Shown here: positions 54,201-64,000 of the stretch, in pieces | Numbering within the stretch: position 1 is the first letter of the stretch | How the letters are laid out: every line of letters begins with the position of its first letter | NCBI GenBank assembly: GCA_965285935.1 | Contig: OZ260665.1 | Span: forward strand, 46,066,001 to 46,130,000 | Direction of reading: 5' to 3' | DNA length: 64,000 bases | From: Ophelia neglecta | Taxonomy: Eukaryota | The notes under the pieces: model-generated | Seen by the model: the letters and a program-made list of their open reading frames with translations, nothing else | What the model was told of the DNA's origin: nothing | Databases searched by the model: none | Translations under genes and position numbers: made by a program

Positions 54201-55037
54201 GGAAGTTACCACTGTATCGGCATAGACCTCGGTCTCTTGGCTAAAATGGGAATACTCAACTACGTTTACGGCCCTGGTCAGAAAGGTAAGTTCACAGGAC
54301 CGAAACTTCTTCAAATCACTTCATTTACTATCTACTCATACCAATGATGGAATGTCGTGGTCAATAGTGTCGAAACACTTAAGTTTGATTTAAAAAAGCA
54401 TTTCCACCACCAAATCGTCATTTACGACAACGGGTGGGTCAATAATGACTTTGTGTAAATAAGTTGGAGTAGAATGAAAAATAGTCGATTATAGTCCATG
54501 CTCCAGTTGGAGGTCCTGATTTGTAGTCAGACTGTTTTTGTGATAGGGATGACTTGTCTGCGTATTTCCTGAGATGCTATTTCGCTTGCACAGCAGAGCT
54601 TTGAGGTGGCTTTAATTTATAGGGTCTCAAGCCGCACACGGGAATTTACCACAGGCTAGGTTAGCACTGTATATTGTATAATGTACATTGTTTTAGTGAA
54701 TGGTTTTCTTCTACTTTCAGGATCCAAGGCGGAGATGAGAGAAATTAGCAGTAAATTGGCAGGCAGTGAAGTGGCTGACCATTCCTCTGCTCTAATGATT
54801 CCAGATTTTGTTCTTTACGTAGTCGTAGCTGTTCTTGCTGTGTGCCTAATATCAGTGATCATTCTTGCTGTCGTTTTTTACAAGCACATCCACAAAGGCC
54901 GTAACTCGTACCAAGAAAACTCGAGCCTAGAGTCTGCACCCCAACACCATTCCATCATCCCCATAGGCCTAACCACTTCGTCGAGTGTTGATGACAAATA
55001 TCATTATGACGACGATCTTAATGGAACATTTTTATAA
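48204..55037 (+). CDS. Type-I membrane collagen-EGF protein, paralog B (~1245 aa): signal peptide, unassigned N-domain, S/T/P stalk, ~188 Thr-rich Gly-X-Y triplets, 2 cbEGF + truncated EGF, TM, tail
   Basis: Hand-spliced exons: 48204-48279 ([25 protein letters not shown]), 48521-48786, 49204-49435, 49625-50296, 50407-50628, 51097-51411, 51519-51779, 51965-52252, 52383-52661, 52805-53182, 53298-53330, 53427-53549 (EGF), 53777-53896 (EGF), 54130-54285 (truncated EGF), 54721-55037 ([27 protein letters not shown]). Total 3738 nt, in frame. Pure collagen exons are multiples of 9 nt with phase-1 junctions inside Gly codons. The model needs two GC-AG introns. Confidence 0.88.
50648..50958. mobile_element. 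Fold-back MITE-like insertion in intron 5 of paralog B
   Basis: Left end gactaatgccaaaatggcctaag is an imperfect inverse of the right end cttaggccactttggaccttagttc. The motif acttaggcca(t/c)tt recurs three times at ~50867-50945. No TSD confirmed. Confidence 0.45.
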
Positions 55038-55126
55038 TCATTTGATGGCTAGTGTAAAACAAGCATTTAAATATAATTTAAATTTTCCGGTTAAAATAAT
55101 CTCGGTAGTCGAACTGACAGCGACTA

Positions 55127-55375
55127 GTATCTAAAACGACCATTCGTTTCCAGCCTGTTCCTTATGCCATTTGAGATGTATTTCGAGAGACCATTTCGGT
55201 TCCTGCCCGTTTGTTATGCCAGTGCAGCTGTATTTAGAGAGACCATTTCGTTTCCTGTCTGTTTGTTATGCCAGTTGAGCTGTATTAAGAGAGACTATTT
55301 CAGTTCCTGCCCGTTTGTAATGTCAGAAAAGCGGTATTTAAATAGGCCATCTCGTTTCCTGCCTGTTTGTTATTT
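55127..55375 (+). repeat. 52-bp tandem repeat, ~5 diverged copies, in the 3' UTR of paralog B
   Basis: Units start at 55127, 55178, 55230, 55282 and 55334. Consensus is close to gtatttagagagaccatttcgtttcctgcctgtttgttatgccagttgagct. Confidence 0.85.
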
Positions 55376-55635
55376 CGGTGTCTGCATTTTTATTATGCCG
55401 ATGCAATGTACAAATCTTGCTGTGTGATGCATTCGTTATACCGCTTGTAAACTCTTTGTTACTGTTTGTGAATTACTCATTTTATACTTAGGTTCATGAT
55501 TTAGCACTGTTTCTCAATCAACAACAGTTTACTGCAATTTCCATTTTTCCAAGTATGTTCTAAAACAAAACAAAACTTTTATAGTATTTACTATAGTGTC
55601 AATAATGCTTAATGGATATACATGTAGAAATGTAA

Positions 55636-55641
55636 AATAAA
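55636..55641 (+). terminator. Candidate polyadenylation signal of paralog B
   Basis: AATAAA ~600 nt after the stop, with a T-rich downstream element. Confidence 0.35.
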
Positions 55642-57184
55642 GTTAATGTTCATTATTAGTTAATTTTTGTTTCATCATGAAGGGAGAACACATTCGGATA
55701 GTTTATCTGAATATGCGGGTAACATAAATTTGTCCATATGTTCAATGTTTGAAAATGCTAAGGCTATTTTGCTTTTGATCCAATATCCATTCATTGACTG
55801 TTTTGATAATTGATCACTTTAAAGCAAATATAAAATTGAAATGCTGAAATATTAATTAAATGTAATGGCTCAATTATATAGGATATTATGTCCGAAAGTC
55901 ACACTACTTAAGTTTAGAAGGATGGTTGTTGTTTGAAAATGCTACGACATTGGTAGCGTTATTTGTGTTGTAATAAACAATCGTAAAACTCCATTTGAAA
56001 GATGACATGGATATTGTCGTGGAGAGTGGCTTCCCTTCACATCTACACTCCGACTGAACAAACTTATATTGTGAAATGACTATCAAACTTGGGTATTTCT
56101 AGAATACTGTCATTGGCTATACATGAACAACTTACAATAATAGCTATTGATGAACGATTTAAAATACAAGAGTTCATGTAATCAATACATGAAATTATCC
56201 ATGGTTAGTAAACCAAGTACATTTCATATTTATTCTGATGAGTATATTACAAATGTTTTGCCGCGTGAAACTAAGTTGATACCCGCCCGCTGAGATCAGA
56301 AATCTGCCTCGTCGGTTTGCAGACTGTTTTTAACAGGACCGTAACAGTATATAATTGGTTTTAAAACCAGACCAGAGAAACACACAATAAGAGAAATGCT
56401 TTACTTTTCAATGTCATGCTTTATTGGAAAAAGACACATATTTTATTTACATTTCCTCATTGTTCACGTAACTGCCATATAATTCCACTCATATAACCTC
56501 GGCTTGCATTTAAAGAAATTATCCCAGAAACACATGTATATTCATAAACTGTTGACATCTATCTCTCTCCGATATCATGTGGTGTTGTCGGGTCACCAAA
56601 TAATCAATTAATCAAACGTATGGGAGTTTAAACCTATAGTTGTACCCTAAGGGAGTGATGGTTTACTCAATTAGACGCTACGTGCAACATCTATAACTCC
56701 CATACGGTTCCTTTGATCTTTTCACTTTTACCTATTGCAGTTCTGACTAAACCAAAGTTTTCAGCATTTGTCAGTGAACCTGTTCAAAAGATTACAGTGA
56801 CTCTGTTGTCAAAACTCTAACGGATGCGTTCATTTCCAGAATGGAAACACAATTATGGCCTTTATGGGCAAATATAATACATTTATAAGACTTAGTTAGA
56901 TTTTATCAGCCATCAACAGAATACTGATATAGCCTGTGAAATATTCAAGCATAATTTTTTGTAAAAAGCGCTGCATGGAGAGTACGTGTCAAGGTCATCA
57001 ATTAATTTGATAAAGCTACGCTATTTACGCACTTTACGGTTACAAATACTACAAGATATATACGGTTACATGTACATGCGTTGCTTGTTAACAAACATGT
57101 AGGACGCCAGGACTTTGTTTCCGAGGGTTAATTCAGATTCACTGTGAGATCAGCTGACATCCAGGGCATCAATAAATTACTAAT

Positions 57185-59821
57185 TCAACACTCTACCAAT
57201 ACTATGTTAAAACACAAAAAGAAGCTGGTTATGCGATACAGTTGACTAAATGGCATAAATATATGTTCTATTAGTTCGAATCTTTCATGACCAAAATAAA
57301 ATGTATTTGTTGGCATCAAACTTGGATTTTTCAGTTCTACGAACGAGTTAATTCCCCATAGAAACCCATTTGAAAGCATGAGCCACAGCGATACATTAAA
57401 TAACACCAGTCTTTGGAGAGGGGGCCCGACCTTTACGTTAAGTGATCGGATATGTATGAGAAGAGTTGTTTGTAAAAAGAACTGGGCGATGTTAATAAAG
57501 CGCTCAATATAGCAAAATGTCAGGTAATGATTGCTGAGATTTGGTCTCTTTTCGTTAACAAGCACGAATTGGCAAGTATTATTTACCTGCATGCAGGTTT
57601 TCCAGATGTCGTTTTCTGTGCTATCATTTCTTTTGGATGTTCCCATTAGAAATGCTGTGCAAGCATAAATTGAAAAAAAAACGTGAGTGTAAAATCCAAA
57701 AGAAGTTAATATCATGAGGGTTTCTAAGCCACTACGCTTCTGGCCCTTAAGCGTATTGAATTTCGTTGTAAACGATTCACATGCCCAATAGCCCCCCAGG
57801 CATACGCACACCATCAAGGACTGGTATACAAGTTTGAAAACTTCGTACGCTAATCTATACTGATAATCATATGTTTCTGAAACTGCAAGGATTGATCCAT
57901 TGACCTGAATTGAATAATCTGGAGTAGTTTTTGCAGAACCAAAGCTTGTCCGGAAAGATCTTGGTACAATCTCGCCGTCTTGTCCTGTATGGAAGTTGTC
58001 GTCCTCGACTTTGGTAAACAGTCCAAGTACAAAATGAATGACACTGAGCAGAGCCGAGACGATGATGACAATACCTGCCGTGCTGACAGCGGCACGCCTG
58101 TCCGAGTCGGTGATAGCTCCCTGACCATCTGGCCACTTACTTCTTTGATATACCTGACTATTTTGCACTTCTATGTCTATATTTTGTGTTCTTTGCGAAA
58201 CGTTTTGATCCAAATTGCATGGTTTTCTGGCTGATTTAATTAATGTATTTCGCATCTTATGCTTATTTGCGCGCTTTTTTCCTTCGAGAACAACACAGGC
58301 CCTTTGCGAAGCGAGATCTGTTGATCCGTAGATACTGCCAACCGTTGACAAAGCTTCATCGTCAGAACTGGAATCTGTGAGGTCTGTCCCTAAATCATGT
58401 ACGATAGCATTCCTGGAAATCAAACATGTGTTTTCTGATATTCTGTCATTGCCTTTCCCTGAAGAACTTCTTCTCAAAGTTCTACACCTGTTTTTTGACT
58501 GGTAGCTTCCAGATGGACCTGCCCGCACTTCACTGCTTCCTTCGTCTGATGAGTCTCTTTCTCCGACGGCAGAAACAAGGATTGATAAAATTTCTACCAC
58601 CAACAGAGCAAATTCGATGTGCACTGTGTAAGTGAAAGAGCTAACATATGCTTGATACTCAAACGGTTTGGTGGTATGATTAAGGCACGACTTGTCCTGT
58701 GATGACAATTCTGACAGGTTTGTCCGGCATTGAGTGTAGTATGTATCATGTTTTCCACCTTCAAATAAGTTTTTCGATTCGAACAGGAATGTTTCCACCC
58801 ACAAAGCTAGAGTTGTGGACATCATTATAAATAAACTGTACAATACCCACCAAGTTCGCTTCATTGTCCTCGTATGTGTCAAAAGGCAAAACAGAAATTC
58901 CAACGACATGAACAGTATTCTTAATATTCTGAACGTGACTTCTATGACGTATGGCCACGTTAGTCTACACTGCTTATAAGTTTTCATACACCAAGAAATA
59001 CCTGCAATAGGAAATATATCCCTAAAGCATCCAATAAGCAAAAAAATGCTCATGCAAATGATGGTAATGCTGCCGCTGAGTATCTTTTTCCACGCATGCT
59101 GACCTTCAGGGCAACACGTATGTTGTTCTTCATCCTGGTGGATGAACAACTCCTGCCTGCAAAGGATGGTCGTGATCACAGCCATGGCTAGTACCAGCTG
59201 GATGGAGAGGATCAGCGATAAGTGTGCAGGCTCCACGGCGACGGTCTGCTGATAGGACATCCACCTGGTCATAATTATACTGGTATTCATAGCCAGTATC
59301 ACCAGGAAGACGCCTTGGGCCGAGATGAATCCATCCTGAGAAAAAGTATACGTTAAGTCGTCTGTCGTCTGCTGCCGTCCACATAGCTCTGCGATGTCCG
59401 CAGTCCTCGGGAGCTGTTCATCTGCTAGCTGAGATGTGAGGGATTCTTTTTTCCTAGCATCGGTCAAACGATTGATAGGATTGCTGTTTTTCTTTCCGGT
59501 TTTGCTGGTAGATGATTGACCAGAGCCCTGAGAACAACCGACGTCCTGTTCTGGTGTCGTTTTGGCCTGACATCGTCTTGCTGGCTCCATATCGCCGCTC
59601 TTTCTGATGATCGGTTGTATTTCGACATGATATCCCACATTAAAGCACCTGATGAGAAATTTCAGATGGCCTGGTATTGATTTCAATCGCTGCCACACAG
59701 TCATATTACCAAAGAAGACTTCCCACAAATAAATTAGTCCAATGATATATATGCAAAAACTATATTTGTTAAATGACTCTTTTGCCAATATTTCACCGTC
59801 CTCTAGATTCCAACCTGGCAT
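57185..59821 (-). CDS. Divergent otopetrin-family 12-TM protein (proton-channel-like), single long ORF; true start uncertain
   Basis: Two blocks of six hydrophobic helices separated by a long Ser-rich loop. Otopetrin-like signatures: TTLALW..FLFE (TM5), FTYTVHIEFAL (TM6, cf. YLYPFxIEYSL), LETLMIL..FFSIYA (TM9), QFFLQTTLL (TM10), LMLSNGFLW..SF (TM11) and FYFG..IEHIFMPFSQLYRITS (TM12, cf. FYG..PLxIFYRFHS). The ORF track starts at a GTG at 59830 and the first ATG is at 59821. Downstream Mets (MTVW, MEPA) are also possible starts. Confidence 0.82.
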   Translation of the reverse strand: MPGWNLEDGEILAKESFNKYSFCIYIIGLIYLWEVFFGNMTVWQRLKSIPGHLKFLIRCFNVGYHVEIQPIIRKSGDMEPARRCQAKTTPEQDVGCSQGSGQSSTSKTGKKNSNPINRLTDARKKESLTSQLADEQLPRTADIAELCGRQQTTDDLTYTFSQDGFISAQGVFLVILAMNTSIIMTRWMSYQQTVAVEPAHLSLILSIQLVLAMAVITTILCRQELFIHQDEEQHTCCPEGQHAWKKILSGSITIICMSIFLLIGCFRDIFPIAGISWCMKTYKQCRLTWPYVIEVTFRILRILFMSLEFLFCLLTHTRTMKRTWWVLYSLFIMMSTTLALWVETFLFESKNLFEGGKHDTYYTQCRTNLSELSSQDKSCLNHTTKPFEYQAYVSSFTYTVHIEFALLVVEILSILVSAVGERDSSDEGSSEVRAGPSGSYQSKNRCRTLRRSSSGKGNDRISENTCLISRNAIVHDLGTDLTDSSSDDEALSTVGSIYGSTDLASQRACVVLEGKKRANKHKMRNTLIKSARKPCNLDQNVSQRTQNIDIEVQNSQVYQRSKWPDGQGAITDSDRRAAVSTAGIVIIVSALLSVIHFVLGLFTKVEDDNFHTGQDGEIVPRSFRTSFGSAKTTPDYSIQVNGSILAVSETYDYQYRLAYEVFKLVYQSLMVCVCLGGYWACESFTTKFNTLKGQKRSGLETLMILTSFGFYTHVFFSIYACTAFLMGTSKRNDSTENDIWKTCMQVNNTCQFVLVNEKRPNLSNHYLTFCYIERFINIAQFFLQTTLLIHIRSLNVKVGPPLQRLVLFNVSLWLMLSNGFLWGINSFVELKNPSLMPTNTFYFGHERFELIEHIFMPFSQLYRITSFFLCFNIVLVEC

Positions 59822-62800
59822 GTGCCACACTTCAAGGTTGGGGGTTTGTCGGAGCTTGACAACCTATATTCTTCCTGCCCTCTCTCTTTTTCACCACTCA
59901 GGACATTTAGTCTTTGTCATCACTTGACTTTTTTGGTGTTTATTTTTGCATGCCGACTTTCCTTTCACTAAAGGATATCCTATATGGTGATTTATTAGAT
60001 ATCCTATATGGTCTTCTCCGATATTAGTATATCTTATGACAGTAACTGTTTGAAATCAGCTGTTCTTAATTATAGGACTCAAACATGGTAATAAAACCAA
60101 GCGAATCGCTCGCTGTATTCAAATTGAAAAGTGAAGTGACACAACGAATGATTAATCTACAATTAATGGCCGCTGCAAAAAGCGGAATATCCCACTGTGG
60201 TTTAGTTTTCAAGCCAAATCTTGAAAGTGTAGTAACGTGTTAGAAAAATAAAAGTTTTTCGTAATCTTCTGGACGGAAATCTTAATAATGTAATAATGTT
60301 CTGTATGTATACCTAAATTGTTGGGAAAATAGTTTTTTGGTGCAACTAAGGGAGCTTGCATGATTTTATCGGTATACTTATAGATATATAATAGTAATCC
60401 GCTTAAAGCTGGAATTCCAACAGAGTTCAATCCCACTTAAGTCGCAATTTTTCTAGTACAATAAAACCGGGAAATAAAGAGTTTGCAGCTGGTACCACTG
60501 AGGGGAAAGTAATAGCCAGTTCATATAACAATCTTAATCTCGGTAACAACACACCCAAAATTTTATAACCTCATCAAATGTTGCAGGGAAAACACATTGG
60601 TTTGTCAAAAAAAAACAATAAGGCCTATAGGCCTATCTGCAACTCATTCTGCACCACCACGCCATAAATTCAGACTTTTCCCTAGGCGGTGGATGATCAT
60701 CATCACATGGTTCTAGATTCTGGTGATAATTTTCTTTCAAAAAACGTGATGGTTTTTACTTATTACGACCATATCTAGTATAATAAATATGGGCAAGTAT
60801 ATGGTCTGCCGGTAGCGGGAACCAGTTCTAGCTGGGTGGTAACCGCTCAACTTTACTTTTTGCACGGTCAAAGATGGGGATGCAAGCAGTCGGACGACAA
60901 AAATATATTCAGCCCCCATCTATTCAAGACACATTTAAATATGCAAGAACAAAATATTATAAAATAAAAGACGAAATATATCGAACGATTGGATGAATAC
61001 TCGGCAAAATTTTGCTAAGTCCCAAACTGTTGAATTTAAGAACAGGACTGATTTCTTCGTGTTTCAGTCAGAAAGTTTTAAATTAATGAGAAGTCTGGGA
61101 TTCGCCATTAAATTTGTGTTTTTCGTCTGGGCGGTGCTTTTCGAACACAATACACCATGTTATATGATATATATCATGTTTAATGTCTGGAGATGTCGTA
61201 CATCATTTAAGACAGAGGTAGCTAACGTATGATTTGTGTGCCTTGAGGGCAAGTAGGCCTATTCAGTTTCCCATAATTACTAGGGAAAATGGCCAGCGAC
61301 GCACGGTTGGTTATAAAATCTAAGAGCATTTGTTCATAAATTGGGAGCACACAAAAACAACTTCCTAGATTTCGGCCTCTCAATCTGCCTTTTCCCAGCA
61401 TCGGTCATATATACAACAAACTGAACGCTAGGGGCTAAGTTCAAACGGCGTCATTCTTTGTATTGTCATATAATAAATATGTGCTCCAAATTTGTAAACC
61501 TGTCTTGTCCCCCTTTTTTCCAATGACCCATGGCCAAGTCATGCCGACGAGTAATGTGTTCATTTAGCCAAATTTTCTTGTATATTGTTTCTTGTATCCT
61601 AAACATTTAGAAATTTGGCAGAATTTCCTACTCTATTCACAGCGATCGTAAGCTACAAATAGAAAGTAAAACTTCGGCAATGGATAAGGTCAGGCTCTGG
61701 TTCAAACATTCAGATCACCAAAGTATGATTTTTATGCATGTATTAATCAATAAGTAATGTTTGGTGATGATATTGTTAAGACACTGCATAATTTATGAGC
61801 CAAAGTCCCTACAGACTTATCCTACCAAAAAAATGCAACTTTGTTGTCTGTGTATGTTCAAACGCTGCTTCGTTCTTAGTAAAAAAGATGCGTATTAAGT
61901 TATATTAATCTTTCGGGAATAACGGTTAAGGCACAGTGGACTGGTTTGTGTAATAGTAACCATTAGTCTATAAGCCTATATCTCAAATTTTGAATTATTC
62001 ATTTAGAATTCAGAAACGTCATTTAAAAGCAGCTTTTCGCAGAAATGTAACAAGCTGTTTTTAGAACGTTTGGCTGATCTATTTGGCGCAATGTGTAAGT
62101 ACTTTATTATGGATGGGGTATGCATGTACTCAATGCAGGCCTGGCTTAATAGCTGCTTGCATTTCTACTGATTATGAAAAGTACGTTTTGAACGATTGCA
62201 TAAGCTTTTTCATATTTATAATAATCACTTTGCTCATCAGTTTTAATAAAAAAAATTTTACATTTATAGTGACTTGTCTGATATGTTTTGTATATTATTA
62301 ATTACGTCTGCAATAGCCCAATCGACATTGTCAAAGTTGAAATGAAAGAAATGAAATGAACAATGAAATAATTACATATATATTGATACAATACTCAAAC
62401 CTCACGGTTGTTGCCAAATGACACTGAGATGGACTGTTTTTAAAACAAACACAGTATGTCACTTCGAAAGCAGCATAATTCCGGAAAAAAAAATAAAACA
62501 ACTCAATATAGAGCCCATTTCAGAATACTGCAAGTAATTTAAAGTTGAAAATATGTTCAACAATTTTTTTTCGTAATCAACTGGGACTTTACAGTAAATT
62601 TATTATTGCGTACATTTTCCATGGTTCAGAGAAAAAAATTATCTAGCTGACTTTGAAGAGAGATACACTATTGAATTTCCAGTCGTCATATTTCCATAAG
62701 ACAGTATATGTTTTGTCTCTTGGCCTAGTATGGCATATTTATCAAACTCACTGACACTAAATATAGCACAGGGCATTACCTCACTATGTAATGATGTTAT

Positions 62801-64000
62801 ATTTATGTAACATATTGTAAACACACTGACACGTATTCTGCTACGAGTATAGCCCGCATGCCGATTATAAGCTATTATAAAAGAGAATAAAAGTTACACT
62901 TCAAAATTCAATAGTTTTTCTCTGGATTCGGCGGACGCACAAAGAAGATGAGGGTCTTCTGTATCTGATCTGCGAACCCGTATAAAATCTAAATGTTTAA
63001 AAGGCTTTAAAGCCTGCTCTGGGGTCGTGTGTCATTCAGTGTTCTTACTAAAGCGGACTTGGAACATAAACCTATAGTGATCGACAGTCATCCCTGGATA
63101 TACCATTACATAGACTCGCGATTTATCTACAACAGGTAGCATGGCATCAAGTAGGAGAGTAGCCGTTGTAAGTTATCAGATTACCTACTTAAGTCGTTTA
63201 TAAGTGACAAAATTGATAGAGATTGGGCAAGAAGGTATTATAATCGGTCTTTGGGATAAGATTTCATTATATTTTGGTATATAATATATAGGCGTTGGGA
63301 GAGCATTGCACACAATGCGTTATAAATCAATTCAATTATACATTAATGAAAACATTTGAAACTAGGAATTGATTGGCACATGGATATTGTTTACAGCCTA
63401 GCAGGGTTTGATTCCGTGATCTTAAAACGGAGGTCGCGTTTTAAAACGAAATAGCTACAAACCATTTTTCACGACAACCTTTCTTTTGCGACATAGTTTA
63501 AAGAAGATGTTTAAAGAACTGTAGATTATGGTGCCTCGGAATAACATATACAAAACAAGCGCATGTTTGCTTAATGGCAACTAAAGACTTATTAAAATGT
63601 GTAATTTTTAGTTCTTGCCAGTTACAGTAAACTCCTACAGAATGCTCAACACATATACATAACAACATATATAAAAACAAAATATGTTTACATCTAGTTC
63701 ATAAAATAACATTGAAAATGATTGCTGTCGGTTTTTCTTATTTAATGAAAAATGGTTTGAAATATCACGATATTCTGCACAAATAAAAACATACGACGCG
63801 CTCTTTGTTCCAGATGGGATTTTTGTGGTGCATGGTTTAAATGCGCGCAAAAAACTGATTTGTGTACAGATTTATACTGATTCTGGGTTTTGTGCTTTAG
63901 TGTATATATCTCACCACACAAAGTTTCAAAATTAAAATTAACAAACCTATAATTTTTTTCCAAAACCTGCAGGGAAGCACTATGATTGAACATTCTAATT

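Noticed and set aside
55127-55375. CRISPR-like periodic repeat
   Set aside because: Whole units are homologous, with no unique spacers. The context is eukaryotic and there are no cas genes.
59974-60012. 15-bp direct repeat gatatcctatatggt upstream of the otopetrin gene
   Set aside because: Likely a small local duplication, with no evidence of function.

Overview
AT-rich genomic DNA from an invertebrate animal, with spliceosomal introns. A lophotrochozoan is plausible but is inference only. Bases 1-15k and 17-38k are mostly non-coding, with transposon or SINE debris, hairpins and a possible decayed ORF. Four intact genes are supported. (1) An intronless TRIP4/ASC-1 gene on the minus strand (15297-17060). 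(2, 3) Two tandem paralogous multi-exon genes on the plus strand (38586-42911, ~480 aa; 48204-55037, ~1245 aa). They encode unusual type-I transmembrane collagens: signal peptide, a ~165-aa domain I cannot assign, Gly-X-Y helix, two Ca-binding EGFs, a truncated EGF, a TM helix and a tail ending in a class-I PDZ-binding motif. (4) An intronless, divergent otopetrin-like 12-TM protein on the minus strand (57185-59821). A decayed copy of the otopetrin-like gene's 3' end lies downstream of the first collagen gene (~45115-45778), giving a repeated convergent layout [collagen-EGF gene -> <- otopetrin]. The best candidate for an undescribed system is the collagen-EGF membrane family and its linkage to the atypical otopetrin. 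One paralog is Pro-rich and short. The other is Thr-rich and long, with part of its helix visibly decaying into a mucin-like stalk. All exon models were built by hand and need RNA-seq confirmation.
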